NCBI GenBank assembly: GCA_964507105.1
Contig: CAZDOR010000001.1
Span: forward strand, 4,722 to 68,721
Length of the DNA stretch: 64,000 nt
Reading direction: 5' to 3'
Origin: an uncultured Candidatus Saccharibacteria bacterium
GTDB lineage: Bacteria; Patescibacteriota; Minisyncoccia; Minisyncoccales; PWPS01
A program made the translations under genes and the position numbers. This document shows, piece by piece, positions 32,101 to 41,020 of the stretch (its first letter is position 1; every line of letters begins with the position of its first letter). The notes under the pieces were generated by a model. That model was not told where the DNA came from. It searched no databases and saw only the letters and a list, made by a program, of their open reading frames with translations.

Positions 32101-32325
32101 ATTCGCATTTTCATATTTGGATTCCTCCAACTTATAATTGGAAAACTCAATCTCCCATTCCTTTCCCGAATAATCCTTCATCGGTGAAGCTTCTTCAAAT
32201 AATTTTTCCAAGCGCTGATCCCAAAACTCTTGCCAACTTTTCTTTTGAAGATCCAAAAGGTAAGGAAGATCTAAAATATTTTTTCTATGCCCGAAATTTT
32301 TTACTTTTTGCATGTTTATACTCAT
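29125..32325 (-). CDS. rpoB: DNA-directed RNA polymerase subunit beta
   Basis: Conserved beta-subunit blocks (GEMEVWALQGYGAAHTLQE...). Confidence 0.97.
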   Translation of the reverse strand: MSINMQKVKNFGHRKNILDLPYLLDLQKKSWQEFWDQRLEKLFEEASPMKDYSGKEWEIEFSNYKLEESKYENANEARENNDSYTAPLKVEVELKNLETETTKKQEIFLCDFPLMSERGTFIVNGVERVAVSQLIRSPGAFFTAEEKKGKKVFGAKIIPNRGTWLEFISEPDGFVGVKIDRRRKVPATTLLRALGVGKKEMKKGTDAEIKKLFADVDKSDISHINKTLERDPSKNRKEAVMEIYRRMRPGEAVTPDPAKELVENTFFNFDRYDLSEVGRWRTWQRLPELKPEEERDITTEDRTLTTEDVIAVIREIIRLNNDPEAEEDKIDHLGNRRVRAFTELLENKLRVSLMRIDRNVKDKISTAEDDDLNPSKLINARPFASAVQKFFSSSAISQFMDQENPLAELEHKRRLTATGPGGLTRERAGFEARDVQASHYGRICPIQTPEGSNVGLVNHFSLYSRVNRYGFVETPYYKVEDGKITDQVDYLDAHEEEKYNITHGGIEIKNGKIVKDRVEARTGGEPTMVDKKEIDYIDVAAEQLVSVAASVIPFLQNDDANRALMGANMQRQAVPLLKPNPPLVGTGIEKKVAQDSGHAVLAKADGEVTYVDGEKITIKANDGKKYDHELETFSHTNNYTCFHQKPTVDKGDKVEKNEVLSDGGSIAEGRLALGQNALVAFLPWRGYNFEDAIVVSERLVKDDVYTSVHIENFTCDVRETKLGPEETTSDIPNVSEEKLKDLDEEGIIRIGAEVGPGDILVGKISPKGKAELTPEERLLKAIFGEKAKDVKDSSLRMKHGKRGRVVGIKVFSREKGHKLDTGIIKKVEVRVAQMRKIKTGDKLSGRHGNKGVISTVLPEEEMPFLEDGTPVDVVLNPLGVISRMNIGQIMETHLGLAAEELNYLAETPALSGATNEDIKKELKKAGYPEDGQLKIYDGRTGKPFPRKVTVGYMYLLKLIHMIEDKIHMRAIGPYSLITQQPLGGKAQFGGQRFGEMEVWALQGYGAAHTLQEMLTIKSDDVPGRAAAYEAILKGEDIKKPNLPASFQLLLSEMKAIGLNIQVKKEK

Positions 32326-32450
32326 TTAACAAACAAAACAGCCCTACTTCCCGTAGAGTAAAAATTTTATTTTTATTAATAATAAAGTAACTTGATCAAA
32401 GACTGAGCGTTAGTTGCTTTGCGAAAGCGAAAAACTTACTTGCGGTTCTT

Positions 32451-32479
32451 ATTTTACTTTTTTTAAAAAGTTTTGTCAA
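32451..32479 (-). promoter_or_regulatory. Sigma70-like promoter for rpoBC (minus strand TTGACA-17-TAAAAT)
   Basis: The minus strand reads cTTGACAaaactttttaaaaaaagTAAAATaag; a GCTTTgcgAAAGC hairpin lies in the roughly 120-nt leader. Confidence 0.45.
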
Positions 32480-32482
32480 GTA

Positions 32483-33568
32483 TCAGTTACTATTATATCG
32501 TATGCTTTCAAAAATTCCAAGCCCGGCAAAGAAAAGAAGCATCGATCCGCCTCCGTAGCTGGCAAAAGGAAGAGGAGTTCCCATTATGGGTAAAATACCT
32601 AAATTCATTCCCATATTAACAAAACTCTGAAAAATAAACATTATCAAAAATCCGGAAACGAACAGCCGGGGAAAATTGGAGTTGCTCTTGAATATTACCA
32701 AGAGCATTCTCCAAACGATGAGAGCGATCGATCCGACCAGCAATAAAACGGCAACAAACCCCATTTCTTCAGCTATGGCGGCAAAAATGAAATCGGTATG
32801 AGGCTCGGGTAAAAATCCGTATTGGGTTTGACTGCCCTCTTTTAACCCCTGCCCCCAAAAACCTCCGTTCCCTATCGCTATTCGAGCATGATTTCCACCC
32901 CATCCTATCCCCTGCGGATCAACTTGAGGGTCGATAAAGCTGATTACTCTGTCTCTTTGATAGTCCTGCATGACAAAACCCCAAACTAACCCGAGAGAGA
33001 GGGAGGTCGCAATACACAAGGCTATAAAATGTCTCAATCTAATCCCCGAAATTAAAAGAATTCCACCCCATAAAACCAAAAAGATGATCGCCGTGCCCAA
33101 ATCGGGCTGCCTAAATACCAGGTAAGTAGGAATAAAGGCATAAATTCCGGAGAGAATTATATGTCTTACCTTGTAAAGCTCTATGTGACGATCCGAAAAG
33201 TACTTGGCTAACAAAATAATCAAGGTCAATTTTGCGAACTCGGCGGGAGCAATCATGATCGTTCCCAGGCGAAACCAGCGACGAACATTTCTTATTTCGG
33301 GCCCAAAAAAAAGCACTCCGACAAGCAGAGCTATCGCAAAAAAATAAATCACCAAAACCAAAAAAGAGTTCTCTCGAAAGGATCGCCAGTCAAAAAAAGA
33401 AATAATGAGGCAAAGAAAAACACCGGTGAAAAAAAATAATAGCTGTCTGGAAGCAGCCTGACTGCCCGTTGAGCTGTATATGGAAAGAATTCCAATACAA
33501 AATATTAGAATCACCGACCCGAAAACAAAAGGATCAAAATGAAAAATTCTTTTCAGTAAAGATTTCAT
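32483..33568 (-). CDS. SEDS-family peptidoglycan glycosyltransferase (FtsW/RodA)
   Basis: About 10 TM helices, RQPDLGTAIIFLVLW and PEPHTDFIFAAIAEE motifs. Confidence 0.85.
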   Translation of the reverse strand: MKSLLKRIFHFDPFVFGSVILIFCIGILSIYSSTGSQAASRQLLFFFTGVFLCLIISFFDWRSFRENSFLVLVIYFFAIALLVGVLFFGPEIRNVRRWFRLGTIMIAPAEFAKLTLIILLAKYFSDRHIELYKVRHIILSGIYAFIPTYLVFRQPDLGTAIIFLVLWGGILLISGIRLRHFIALCIATSLSLGLVWGFVMQDYQRDRVISFIDPQVDPQGIGWGGNHARIAIGNGGFWGQGLKEGSQTQYGFLPEPHTDFIFAAIAEEMGFVAVLLLVGSIALIVWRMLLVIFKSNSNFPRLFVSGFLIMFIFQSFVNMGMNLGILPIMGTPLPFASYGGGSMLLFFAGLGIFESIRYNSN

Positions 33569-35628
33569 ATCATTTTTTTAAATCGGTTCTCCTCTATTAT
33601 GGGAATATTTCTTTTTTCGGCTTCATCCAACTTCGATCCCGGATTATTACCGACAACGAGGAAGTCCGTGTTTCCGGAAACGGAAGAAGCCACTCTGCCA
33701 CCCGCCGAGCGTACTTTTTTCTTGGCTTCTCTCCTGGTAAAAGAGTTGAGTTTTCCAGTAAAAACGAAAGTTTTGGACAGGTTATTTTTTTTCTTTTTTG
33801 GGTTTTTTATTTTCACTCCCGCGGATTGTAGTTCATCGATTAATTTTTTATTCTTTTTTTCAGCAAACCACATTTCAATCTTTCGGGCCGTGATCGGTCC
33901 TATATCTTCAATTTTCAATAAATCTTCTTCTTTAGCTTTTTCCAAAGTTTTCAAGTTTTCGAATTCATTAGCCAAATCAACAGCCGTCCTTTCTCCGACT
34001 CCCTCAATGCCCAATGAATATATAAATCGAGAAAGAGATATTTGTTTGCTGTCTTCTATCGATTGAATTAGATTTTTAGCTGATTTTTCGGCGAACCGAT
34101 CAAGCGGGAGAAGATCTCTCTTTTCGAGTTTAAAAAGATCAGCGGGAGTAGAAACCAATCCCCGGGCAATCAATTGTTCAATAACTTTTTCACCCAGTCC
34201 TTCTATATCAAAAGCCGACTTGGAAACGAAATACTTCAAATATTCCCGGTTTTTCGCCTCGCAGTCAACGGAAGGACATCTTTTAACCACCTCACCATCC
34301 GGCTTAACGAACTGGGTTCCGCACGAAGGACAACGGCCCGGAAACTCAAAATCTTCTTCCTCACCGGTCCTCATTCCGCTTAAAACGTTTACCACATACG
34401 GTATAACGTCTCCGGCTCTTCCCACAACCACGATATCACCAATTTTAACTCCCAATCTTTCTATCTCATCTTCATTGTGAAGGCTGGCCCGGGTTACGGT
34501 AACTCCTCCGATCCGGACCGGATCAAGAACAGCTACCGGGGTAGCGCTTCCCGTCCTGCCTATTTGGATTTCTATGTCCTTCACTTCGGTTGTCGCTTTT
34601 TTTAGGGGAAACTTGTAGGCAATCGCTCCACGGGGAGCTTTTCCAGTCACTCCCAACCGGTCAAAAAGACGATTGTCATCAACAAAAACAGCTACCCCGT
34701 CCATTTCATATTTAATGGATTCTCTCTGCTTAATCGCCTCCTCTCTGAATTGAAAAACTCCATCCAAACCGGAACATTTCTTTTCTTCCGTAGTTTTGAA
34801 TCCCAGTGCTCTAACCATTTCATGTTCGGTCGCATGATTTTCGGCACCGAAGGGAGTAACAGTTTCGGCGGAAGAAAGGTCGGCGGTTAACTCATAGGCA
34901 AAAAAATCAAGATTCCTATCAGCAACGACTTTCGGATCGAGTTGCCTTATCGAGCCGGCGGCCAGATTCCTGGGGTTGGCATAAGGTGACTCACCATCCT
35001 TTTTTCTTTTTTCATTAATTTTTTCAAACTCTTCACGAGAAATAAAAACCTCCCCTCTGACAACCAAATCTTTTGATGCTTCCAACCAATTCTGATTATC
35101 GGACAATTTCTTCTCCTTATCGGTAAACAGAGCGGGGTCTCTCAATCTCAAAGGGATCGCTTCTATCGTTTTAACATTTTTAGTTACATCCTCACCAACA
35201 ACTCCGTCTCCTCTGGTGGAAGCGACGGAAAGAACAGAGTCCCGATAAACGAGTTCAAGAGCCAATCCATCCACCTTGTGTTCACAAAAAAACCGGTTTA
35301 TCTTTTCTCCCGCTTTGCGTTCCAGTCTTTCTTTCCACTCTCTCAAGTCTCGTCTTGAAAAAGCATCCAAAAGAGAGAGCATGGGAGAAAAATGTTCATA
35401 TTTTTCAAATTTATCGAGTGGCTTCCCTCCGACTCTTTGAGTGGGAGAGTCTTTGGTCACCAGTTCCGGGAACTCATTCTCCAGATCAAAAAGCTCTTTT
35501 TTCATGAAATCGAGAGCTTCTTCCGAAATTTCTTGTTTATCTTTTACATGATAAAGGTACCGATGTTTCTTTATTGTTCTTTTTAGTCTCTCTATCTTTT
35601 TTTCAGCTTCCTTTTTATTCATTTCCAT
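33565..35628 (-). CDS. ligA: NAD-dependent DNA ligase LigA
   Basis: KxDG adenylation motif (CEHKVDGLA), Zn-finger CPSCGTQ...C, HhH and C-terminal BRCT. Confidence 0.95.
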   Translation of the reverse strand: MEMNKKEAEKKIERLKRTIKKHRYLYHVKDKQEISEEALDFMKKELFDLENEFPELVTKDSPTQRVGGKPLDKFEKYEHFSPMLSLLDAFSRRDLREWKERLERKAGEKINRFFCEHKVDGLALELVYRDSVLSVASTRGDGVVGEDVTKNVKTIEAIPLRLRDPALFTDKEKKLSDNQNWLEASKDLVVRGEVFISREEFEKINEKRKKDGESPYANPRNLAAGSIRQLDPKVVADRNLDFFAYELTADLSSAETVTPFGAENHATEHEMVRALGFKTTEEKKCSGLDGVFQFREEAIKQRESIKYEMDGVAVFVDDNRLFDRLGVTGKAPRGAIAYKFPLKKATTEVKDIEIQIGRTGSATPVAVLDPVRIGGVTVTRASLHNEDEIERLGVKIGDIVVVGRAGDVIPYVVNVLSGMRTGEEEDFEFPGRCPSCGTQFVKPDGEVVKRCPSVDCEAKNREYLKYFVSKSAFDIEGLGEKVIEQLIARGLVSTPADLFKLEKRDLLPLDRFAEKSAKNLIQSIEDSKQISLSRFIYSLGIEGVGERTAVDLANEFENLKTLEKAKEEDLLKIEDIGPITARKIEMWFAEKKNKKLIDELQSAGVKIKNPKKKKNNLSKTFVFTGKLNSFTRREAKKKVRSAGGRVASSVSGNTDFLVVGNNPGSKLDEAEKRNIPIIEENRFKKMI

Positions 35629-35629
35629 T

Positions 35630-36028
35630 TTATTTTTCCCTTCTCACTTCAATGCCTCTGGCCACCCCTCCATACTTACCGACGGAAACCACGACAAGTT
35701 CACCATTTTCCTCATCTCTCCGAACCCGAAAGGTTTCTCCTTCCAGCAAATTATCACCCAACTCTTCATCCCACCGGACTTCGTCCTCGCCAAGATCATC
35801 ATCATCGAAATCACCCCACCGATAAAGAAGCATTTCGATTCCGGCATCAGCAGCATAAAAAGAACGGATAGAATAGTTCATTTCCTCGATAAGTGCTATT
35901 CTTTGAACTAAAACGGTGGATACAACCAGGCCAGCACTAAAAAGTATTCCCAAAATAAGAATTGCATAATATATAACCGATCCCTTTTGTTTTTTATTTT
36001 TATTCATTTTTAAAGATTTATTCGTCAT
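35630..36028 (-). CDS. PilX-N-like minor pilin (TM anchor, no Glu5)
   Basis: QKGSVIYYAILILGILFSAGLVV...SFYAADAGIE resembles the PilX N-terminal domain. Confidence 0.5.
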   Translation of the reverse strand: MTNKSLKMNKNKKQKGSVIYYAILILGILFSAGLVVSTVLVQRIALIEEMNYSIRSFYAADAGIEMLLYRWGDFDDDDLGEDEVRWDEELGDNLLEGETFRVRRDEENGELVVVSVGKYGGVARGIEVRREK

Positions 36029-36623
36029 CCCTTTCTATATCCAAACTTCTTCTGGTTATGGTGCTTTGAAGCTTAACATCCCACCATCCGATATCGGTTT
36101 CCTCAACCTCCAAATGAACAGTAGCGGACGGCTGATCCTCGTAGAGAGTTCCGTCTCCGTCGGGATGAACGTTTACATAAACGTAAAAGTCTCTTATATC
36201 CAAAAATCCGGAGGTTAAGTCATAATCACTCCAATCTCCGCCTTCTCTTATTCCTTTTTTCATAACCCCATCATCTTCATCCAAAAAAAACCGAACACAC
36301 TTTTCTTCCCGGTTTTCATCGATGTACATGAACTGAAGAGCCTCTCCGACTCCATCGTCCCCCCCGGGAACATCGTAAGTGTAATAAGCGTTATCGCTTC
36401 CTATGCAATCGCCGGCATCATCGGTTATCGCCATCCGGGCCGTTCTGTTTATATATTCCATCACGTAACTTATCTCTCCCAAAGTTCTCTGAGTAGCCAT
36501 CGCCTTCCGTTGCATTCTTAAATTGGAAACGAAAATTCCGGTAATAACCGTAACCAAGCCGGAAAAAACTCCGATAACCACCAAAATCTCAATTAATGAA
36601 AATCCCTTGTTTTTATCATTCAT
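36018..36623 (-). CDS. Type IV minor pilin / pseudopilin (prepilin-type N-terminal methylation motif)
   Basis: KGFSLIEILVV class III signal peptide. Confidence 0.65.
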   Translation of the reverse strand: MNDKNKGFSLIEILVVIGVFSGLVTVITGIFVSNLRMQRKAMATQRTLGEISYVMEYINRTARMAITDDAGDCIGSDNAYYTYDVPGGDDGVGEALQFMYIDENREEKCVRFFLDEDDGVMKKGIREGGDWSDYDLTSGFLDIRDFYVYVNVHPDGDGTLYEDQPSATVHLEVEETDIGWWDVKLQSTITRRSLDIERDDE

Positions 36624-37203
36624 ATTCCCACTCTCTTAAGTACCAATTGAATAATTTCGTAGAAGCCCTGTGTTCGTATTCTTCACCTCTCTCTTCCCAG
36701 GTGACGACCACCTCCACTTTAAGATATTCGGCATCTTCCCCGTCAGGAAAATAATTGCTCTCCTCGTGTCTTTGAAGTATCACCTTTCTTCTAAAAGGTG
36801 TTCCTTCCGCTCCCTGGTAACTGAAAAGTCCGTTACCATCTATCCGCAGAGGTTCATCGTAATCACTTCCCACTTCTTCTTCATCGTAGGTTACGCTCAC
36901 CTCGACTTCCTCCATATCGTCGTGCTCTTCTTCGGTCAAAAGCCCTTTGGTCCAGCGGCGCGGATCCTCACCCGGATCCTGCATTTCCGAATAGGCGATA
37001 TTGAAGTTTTTATCTCGTATTCGTCGGGTTATTTCGAAAGCGTCTTGAGTAAGATAGCCGGCGGTAAGCTTCGAGGAAAGAGGCATGGTATCGGTAAAGG
37101 AATTTATTATCACCGACATAACCGCCAAAAGACCTATGGTTATAATTCCTATCGTCAAAGTCAATTCGATTATCGTCATCCCGTTTTCTTTTTTCGTAAA
37201 CAT
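36616..37203 (-). CDS. Type IV minor pilin / pseudopilin
   Basis: NGMTIIELTL prepilin motif; acidic periplasmic domain. Confidence 0.65.
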   Translation of the reverse strand: MFTKKENGMTIIELTLTIGIITIGLLAVMSVIINSFTDTMPLSSKLTAGYLTQDAFEITRRIRDKNFNIAYSEMQDPGEDPRRWTKGLLTEEEHDDMEEVEVSVTYDEEEVGSDYDEPLRIDGNGLFSYQGAEGTPFRRKVILQRHEESNYFPDGEDAEYLKVEVVVTWEERGEEYEHRASTKLFNWYLREWEYE

Positions 37204-37207
37204 GATT

Positions 37208-37729
37208 TTATCGCTTTTGAACTAATCCAACACGATTAATTTCCACTACGACCGGATCCTCATCTCCGTATGTCAAATTGAGTTCCACCTCGATGGAGTC
37301 CCGGTCCAGTTTTTCCCATTCGTCATCCGCTTCATCCCACTCCCAAAATTGAACTGACATGTACGGAGGCTGGAAACCGACTCTCTTTTCGTTCCCGTCG
37401 GTAATTATCACATTTTCTTCGAATCTTTGAAATCGCTCACTGTCGGTATCTCTAAGAAGATAAAAGCCTTCTTCGACAAAATCAACGGTGAAATAATCAA
37501 CTTGTTCATCGTCCTCATCGAGCACCTCGGTCGCGGAAAGGGACATTCCTCGAACGGTTTCAAGTGAACCAACCAGCACGTCCGCCTGGTCGTTAATCAG
37601 AGTTCCTCTTCCCGATTGACGATAACCGACAAAAGCGATTACCGAAATTATGGCAATCAGAGATGTGCTGACGATCAGCTCCACTATACTGAAACCTTTT
37701 GAGTTCATATTAAAAAATTTAAATACCAA
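37208..37729 (-). CDS. Type IV minor pilin / pseudopilin
   Basis: KGFSIVELIV prepilin motif. Confidence 0.65.
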   Translation of the reverse strand: MVFKFFNMNSKGFSIVELIVSTSLIAIISVIAFVGYRQSGRGTLINDQADVLVGSLETVRGMSLSATEVLDEDDEQVDYFTVDFVEEGFYLLRDTDSERFQRFEENVIITDGNEKRVGFQPPYMSVQFWEWDEADDEWEKLDRDSIEVELNLTYGDEDPVVVEINRVGLVQKR

Positions 37730-38487
37730 TCGATGATCATTTCACCGAAAAAAAGAGTGATAAAAGTCCCGACTATCAAAAAAGGTCCGAAAGGCACTTT
37801 ATCTTTTCTACTCTTTTTTCCGGTCAATATAAGGATCACTCCAATTATAGCACCTATGAGAAAAGAAAAAAACAACCCGACTATCACCTCGAGTCCCAAA
37901 AAAATACCCATAAAGAGGGAATAACGCACATCACCGAAGCCCATCCCTTTACCGTCGGTAAGAAAATATATCGAATAGAAAAAAAGAAAGGAGATCAATC
38001 CGGCTAAAAGATAATCAATTAAAATTTTCGGTCGGGACGAAAAAAAAGCGGGGACCGAGACAAAAACGAGAGCGGCCAAAATCAAGGGATAAATCACCTT
38101 GTTGGGCAGAATATAATGTTTTAAATCGTAAACGAAAAGAACGACCAGTCCGGAAAAAATAAAAAGGCTCAAGAAAAAAAGAAGGGCGGTCGAAACGGAC
38201 ACCGGCGGATAGAGGAAAAAAGCACCCAAAAAAAGTAGTCCCGTTGCCAGTTCTACCAGTGGATATTGAAAAGAAATTTCTTGCCCACAGCTTTTACACC
38301 GGCCGGCCAAAAAAAGATAAGATAAAATCGGAACGAGCTCCAAAGCGGAAAGGGTTTCTTCACACCGGGGACAAAAAGAACGGCCCGACAAACTTTTTTC
38401 TTTTTTTAGTCTGTAAATAAAGCAATTCAAAAACGAACCGACTATCAGTCCGGAAATAAAAATGTAGATAATTATCAGCTTTTCCAT
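37705..38487 (-). CDS. pilD: Prepilin peptidase / N-methyltransferase (A24 family)
   Basis: Cytoplasmic tetracysteine CPRCE...CKSCGQ, catalytic Asp-containing TM core, 260 aa. Confidence 0.85.
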   Translation of the reverse strand: MEKLIIIYIFISGLIVGSFLNCFIYRLKKEKSLSGRSFCPRCEETLSALELVPILSYLFLAGRCKSCGQEISFQYPLVELATGLLFLGAFFLYPPVSVSTALLFFLSLFIFSGLVVLFVYDLKHYILPNKVIYPLILAALVFVSVPAFFSSRPKILIDYLLAGLISFLFFYSIYFLTDGKGMGFGDVRYSLFMGIFLGLEVIVGLFFSFLIGAIIGVILILTGKKSRKDKVPFGPFLIVGTFITLFFGEMIIDWYLNFLI

Positions 38488-38543
38488 TTTTATAAAAAAG
38501 AAAGGGTCCGGCTAAACCGGACCCTCTCAATTCTTAGTCTTAA

Positions 38544-39059
38544 CTACCCTTCAAATTGGTTATCGAAGAGCTCGTCACAATCAGTTTCAGTGCCAACACT
38601 AGTGCCACCAGTGCCATAATACCTACCGGCATCACCGTCACTGTCTACACAATAATAAACCGTATCTCCACCATCCGTTTCATCGGCACAAAGCGGAGCC
38701 CAGGCGGCATAACTTTGGGCTTGATCACTGTCTTCGATGGTCAGCTGATATTCTTCAGTGGTTTCCGAATGTTCACCTTCCATTCCTCCGTCTTCCAAAA
38801 GAGCGACACTGCAAGGGGGGATTTGTTCCGCTATATTGGTCCATCCGTCGTGGTCTTCATACCCAAAATAAGCACCTCCCGAGTCGTAGTAATACTGCTC
38901 GGCGTTACTTCTTATTTGAGAAAGTTCGGACCTGATTTGAGTATCGTAGGCCGATTCTCTGGCTCCCCTGATCGAAACGAAGGCAATACCGGACAAAATA
39001 CCGATGATCGCGATTACGACCAGAAGCTCAATTAATGTGAAACCTTTTTCTTTATTCAT
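38544..39059 (-). CDS. pilA: Type IVa major pilin, copy A
   Basis: MNKEKGFTLIELLVVIAIIGILSGIAFV N-terminus; four Cys in the C-terminal globular domain. Confidence 0.8.
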   Translation of the reverse strand: MNKEKGFTLIELLVVIAIIGILSGIAFVSIRGARESAYDTQIRSELSQIRSNAEQYYYDSGGAYFGYEDHDGWTNIAEQIPPCSVALLEDGGMEGEHSETTEEYQLTIEDSDQAQSYAAWAPLCADETDGGDTVYYCVDSDGDAGRYYGTGGTSVGTETDCDELFDNQFEG

Positions 39060-39096
39060 TCTTTTAATCGATTAACTTGTAATCGTCGACCTTTTT
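38867..39096 (-). repeat. 230-bp perfect direct repeat, copy 1 (pilin 5' coding region + leader)
   Basis: Identical to 39521-39750. Confidence 0.9.
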
Positions 39097-39188
39097 ATAT
39101 TTCTTTCTACTTAATTATATAAAAAACAGAATTGCTGTCAATAAAAAAAGACCCGAACAAATCGGGTCTTTTAGCTTTTTTCTTTCAA

Positions 39189-39713
39189 TTACCCCTCGAA
39201 TCTCTCATCAAAAATTTCTTCACAGTCAGTTTCGCTACTATCTTGGAATCCGGTCCATCTGTCGGCATCACCGTCACTGTCTACGCAATAATAGACTTCG
39301 TCACCATCATCGTCATCGGCACAAAGCGGAGCCCAGGCGGCATAACTTTGGGCTTGTTCACCGTCTTCGATGGTTATTTGATAAACCTCTGTCGCGTCAT
39401 CAAAATCAGTATAGTCCTCACTGTTATCTCCGGTGTTAGTGCCGGCTTCTTGAAGAGCTACACTGCAAGGGGGGATTTGTTCGGCCAAGTTGGTCCATCC
39501 GTCGGAAGTCGAATATTCGTAATAAGCACCTCCCGAGTCGTAGTAATACTGCTCGGCGTTACTTCTTATTTGAGAAAGTTCGGACCTGATTTGAGTATCG
39601 TAGGCCGATTCTCTGGCTCCCCTGATCGAAACGAAGGCAATACCGGACAAAATACCGATGATCGCGATTACGACCAGAAGCTCAATTAATGTGAAACCTT
39701 TTTCTTTATTCAT
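39189..39713 (-). CDS. pilA: Type IVa major pilin, copy B (tandem paralog)
   Basis: First 64 residues and 5' leader identical to copy A; C-terminal domain mosaic/divergent. Confidence 0.8.
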   Translation of the reverse strand: MNKEKGFTLIELLVVIAIIGILSGIAFVSIRGARESAYDTQIRSELSQIRSNAEQYYYDSGGAYYEYSTSDGWTNLAEQIPPCSVALQEAGTNTGDNSEDYTDFDDATEVYQITIEDGEQAQSYAAWAPLCADDDDGDEVYYCVDSDGDADRWTGFQDSSETDCEEIFDERFEG

Positions 39714-39750
39714 TCTTTTAATCGATTAACTTGTAATCGTCGACCTTTTT
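39521..39750 (-). repeat. 230-bp perfect direct repeat, copy 2
   Basis: Identical to 38867-39096. Confidence 0.9.
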
Positions 39751-39795
39751 TTTATGTCTCTGCTATTATACTAAAAATTTAACTCTCTTCAAAAT

Positions 39796-41016
39796 TTAAG
39801 CCATTCCCATTCCCATATCGTAGATAGGAAGAATTACCGAAACAACCAATCCTCCGACCAAAAAACCGAGAAGAATAATGAGCAAGGGCTCCGCAATCTT
39901 GACGAAATTATCGAGAGTTCTGTCGGTTTCGTTTTGATAAAATTCAGTTATGCTGGAAAGAACCTTTTCCATTTTTCCCGTTCTTTCTCCGACAATAAGC
40001 ATTTGAACTACCAGGGCCGGAAAGTAGTTGGGGTGTTTTCTGAGAGCGGAACTGATGTTTTTACCCTCTTTTACCGCCTTACCGGTCTCTCCGACTATTC
40101 TTTCGTAAACCGTGTTGCTGATTATGTCTTCCGTAATTTCCAAGGATTCCACTATATCCAACCCACTGGAAATCAAAGTGCTCATACTTTCCGAGAAATA
40201 AGCCAAATTGATCTTTTTGGTCAACTCACCAATAAGAGGAATTTTAAATAGAATATTATCGAAAGTCTTTTTTCCCTTGTCCGTCTTTATAATTCTGAAT
40301 AATCCGGCAAAAAAGGCAATTATTCCGCCCAATACGAATATGCCCCAATTGACGACAAAATCGGAAATGGAGATTACCATCTGAGTTATAAAAGGAATTT
40401 CCTGGTCCAGCTCCTCTATCATTTCAACCATGTCGGGAATAACGAAAATCAAAAGAAAAGTAACTACGAAACTGAAAACGAACACTATAAATAGGGGATA
40501 AATCAAAGCTCCCACTAATTTACTTTTAAACTCGCTCCTTCTTTTGATGTTTTTTTCCAGATATTCCAGGGACTCAGGCAATTTACCGGAAGCTTCTCCC
40601 GATTTTATAACACCGACGAAAAAGCGTGAAAAAACATCATCGTGTTTGCTCAACGCCCCGGAAAATGTTTCTCCTTCCTCTATTCTGTCGGCAACGTCTT
40701 CAATTTTTTTTCGAAGAGTCTTTTTTTCAATTTGTTTGTTTAAAATTCGAAGCGATTCAACTATTCCTATTTGAGAACCGAGCATAATCCCCAACTGCCT
40801 GCAAAACATAACCAAATCCTGGTCTTTCACTCTCTCCAAAAAACTCAAATCAAAATCAACTTTCCTTTCGTAAAAAGGAACCTTTTTTTCATCCAGAGAA
40901 AGAACATACAGATCTTTTTGTTGAAGATTCAGAAGGGCCTGCCCTTTGGAATCGGCCTCTATTTCACCTTCTCGGGCGTTTCCTTCCTGGTCTCTTGCTT
41001 TATATTCGAATTTCAT
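39796..41016 (-). CDS. pilC: Type IV pilus platform protein PilC (GspF family)
   Basis: Two T2SSF-type repeats, about 400 aa, three TM segments. Confidence 0.9.
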   Translation of the reverse strand: MKFEYKARDQEGNAREGEIEADSKGQALLNLQQKDLYVLSLDEKKVPFYERKVDFDLSFLERVKDQDLVMFCRQLGIMLGSQIGIVESLRILNKQIEKKTLRKKIEDVADRIEEGETFSGALSKHDDVFSRFFVGVIKSGEASGKLPESLEYLEKNIKRRSEFKSKLVGALIYPLFIVFVFSFVVTFLLIFVIPDMVEMIEELDQEIPFITQMVISISDFVVNWGIFVLGGIIAFFAGLFRIIKTDKGKKTFDNILFKIPLIGELTKKINLAYFSESMSTLISSGLDIVESLEITEDIISNTVYERIVGETGKAVKEGKNISSALRKHPNYFPALVVQMLIVGERTGKMEKVLSSITEFYQNETDRTLDNFVKIAEPLLIILLGFLVGGLVVSVILPIYDMGMGMA

Positions 41017-41020
41017 TTTT

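Noticed and set aside
25571-32390. Numerous + strand ORFs of 60-180 aa across 25.5-32.4 kb
   Set aside because: All lie antisense within rpoC and rpoB, which are unambiguous. They have no motifs and hydrophobic or low-complexity composition.
38556-39689. Two + strand ORFs (38556-39035 and 39132-39689) with near-identical C-termini
   Set aside because: They are antisense shadows of the two pilin genes. The duplication they reflect is real but the coding strand is minus, as shown by prepilin leader motifs.
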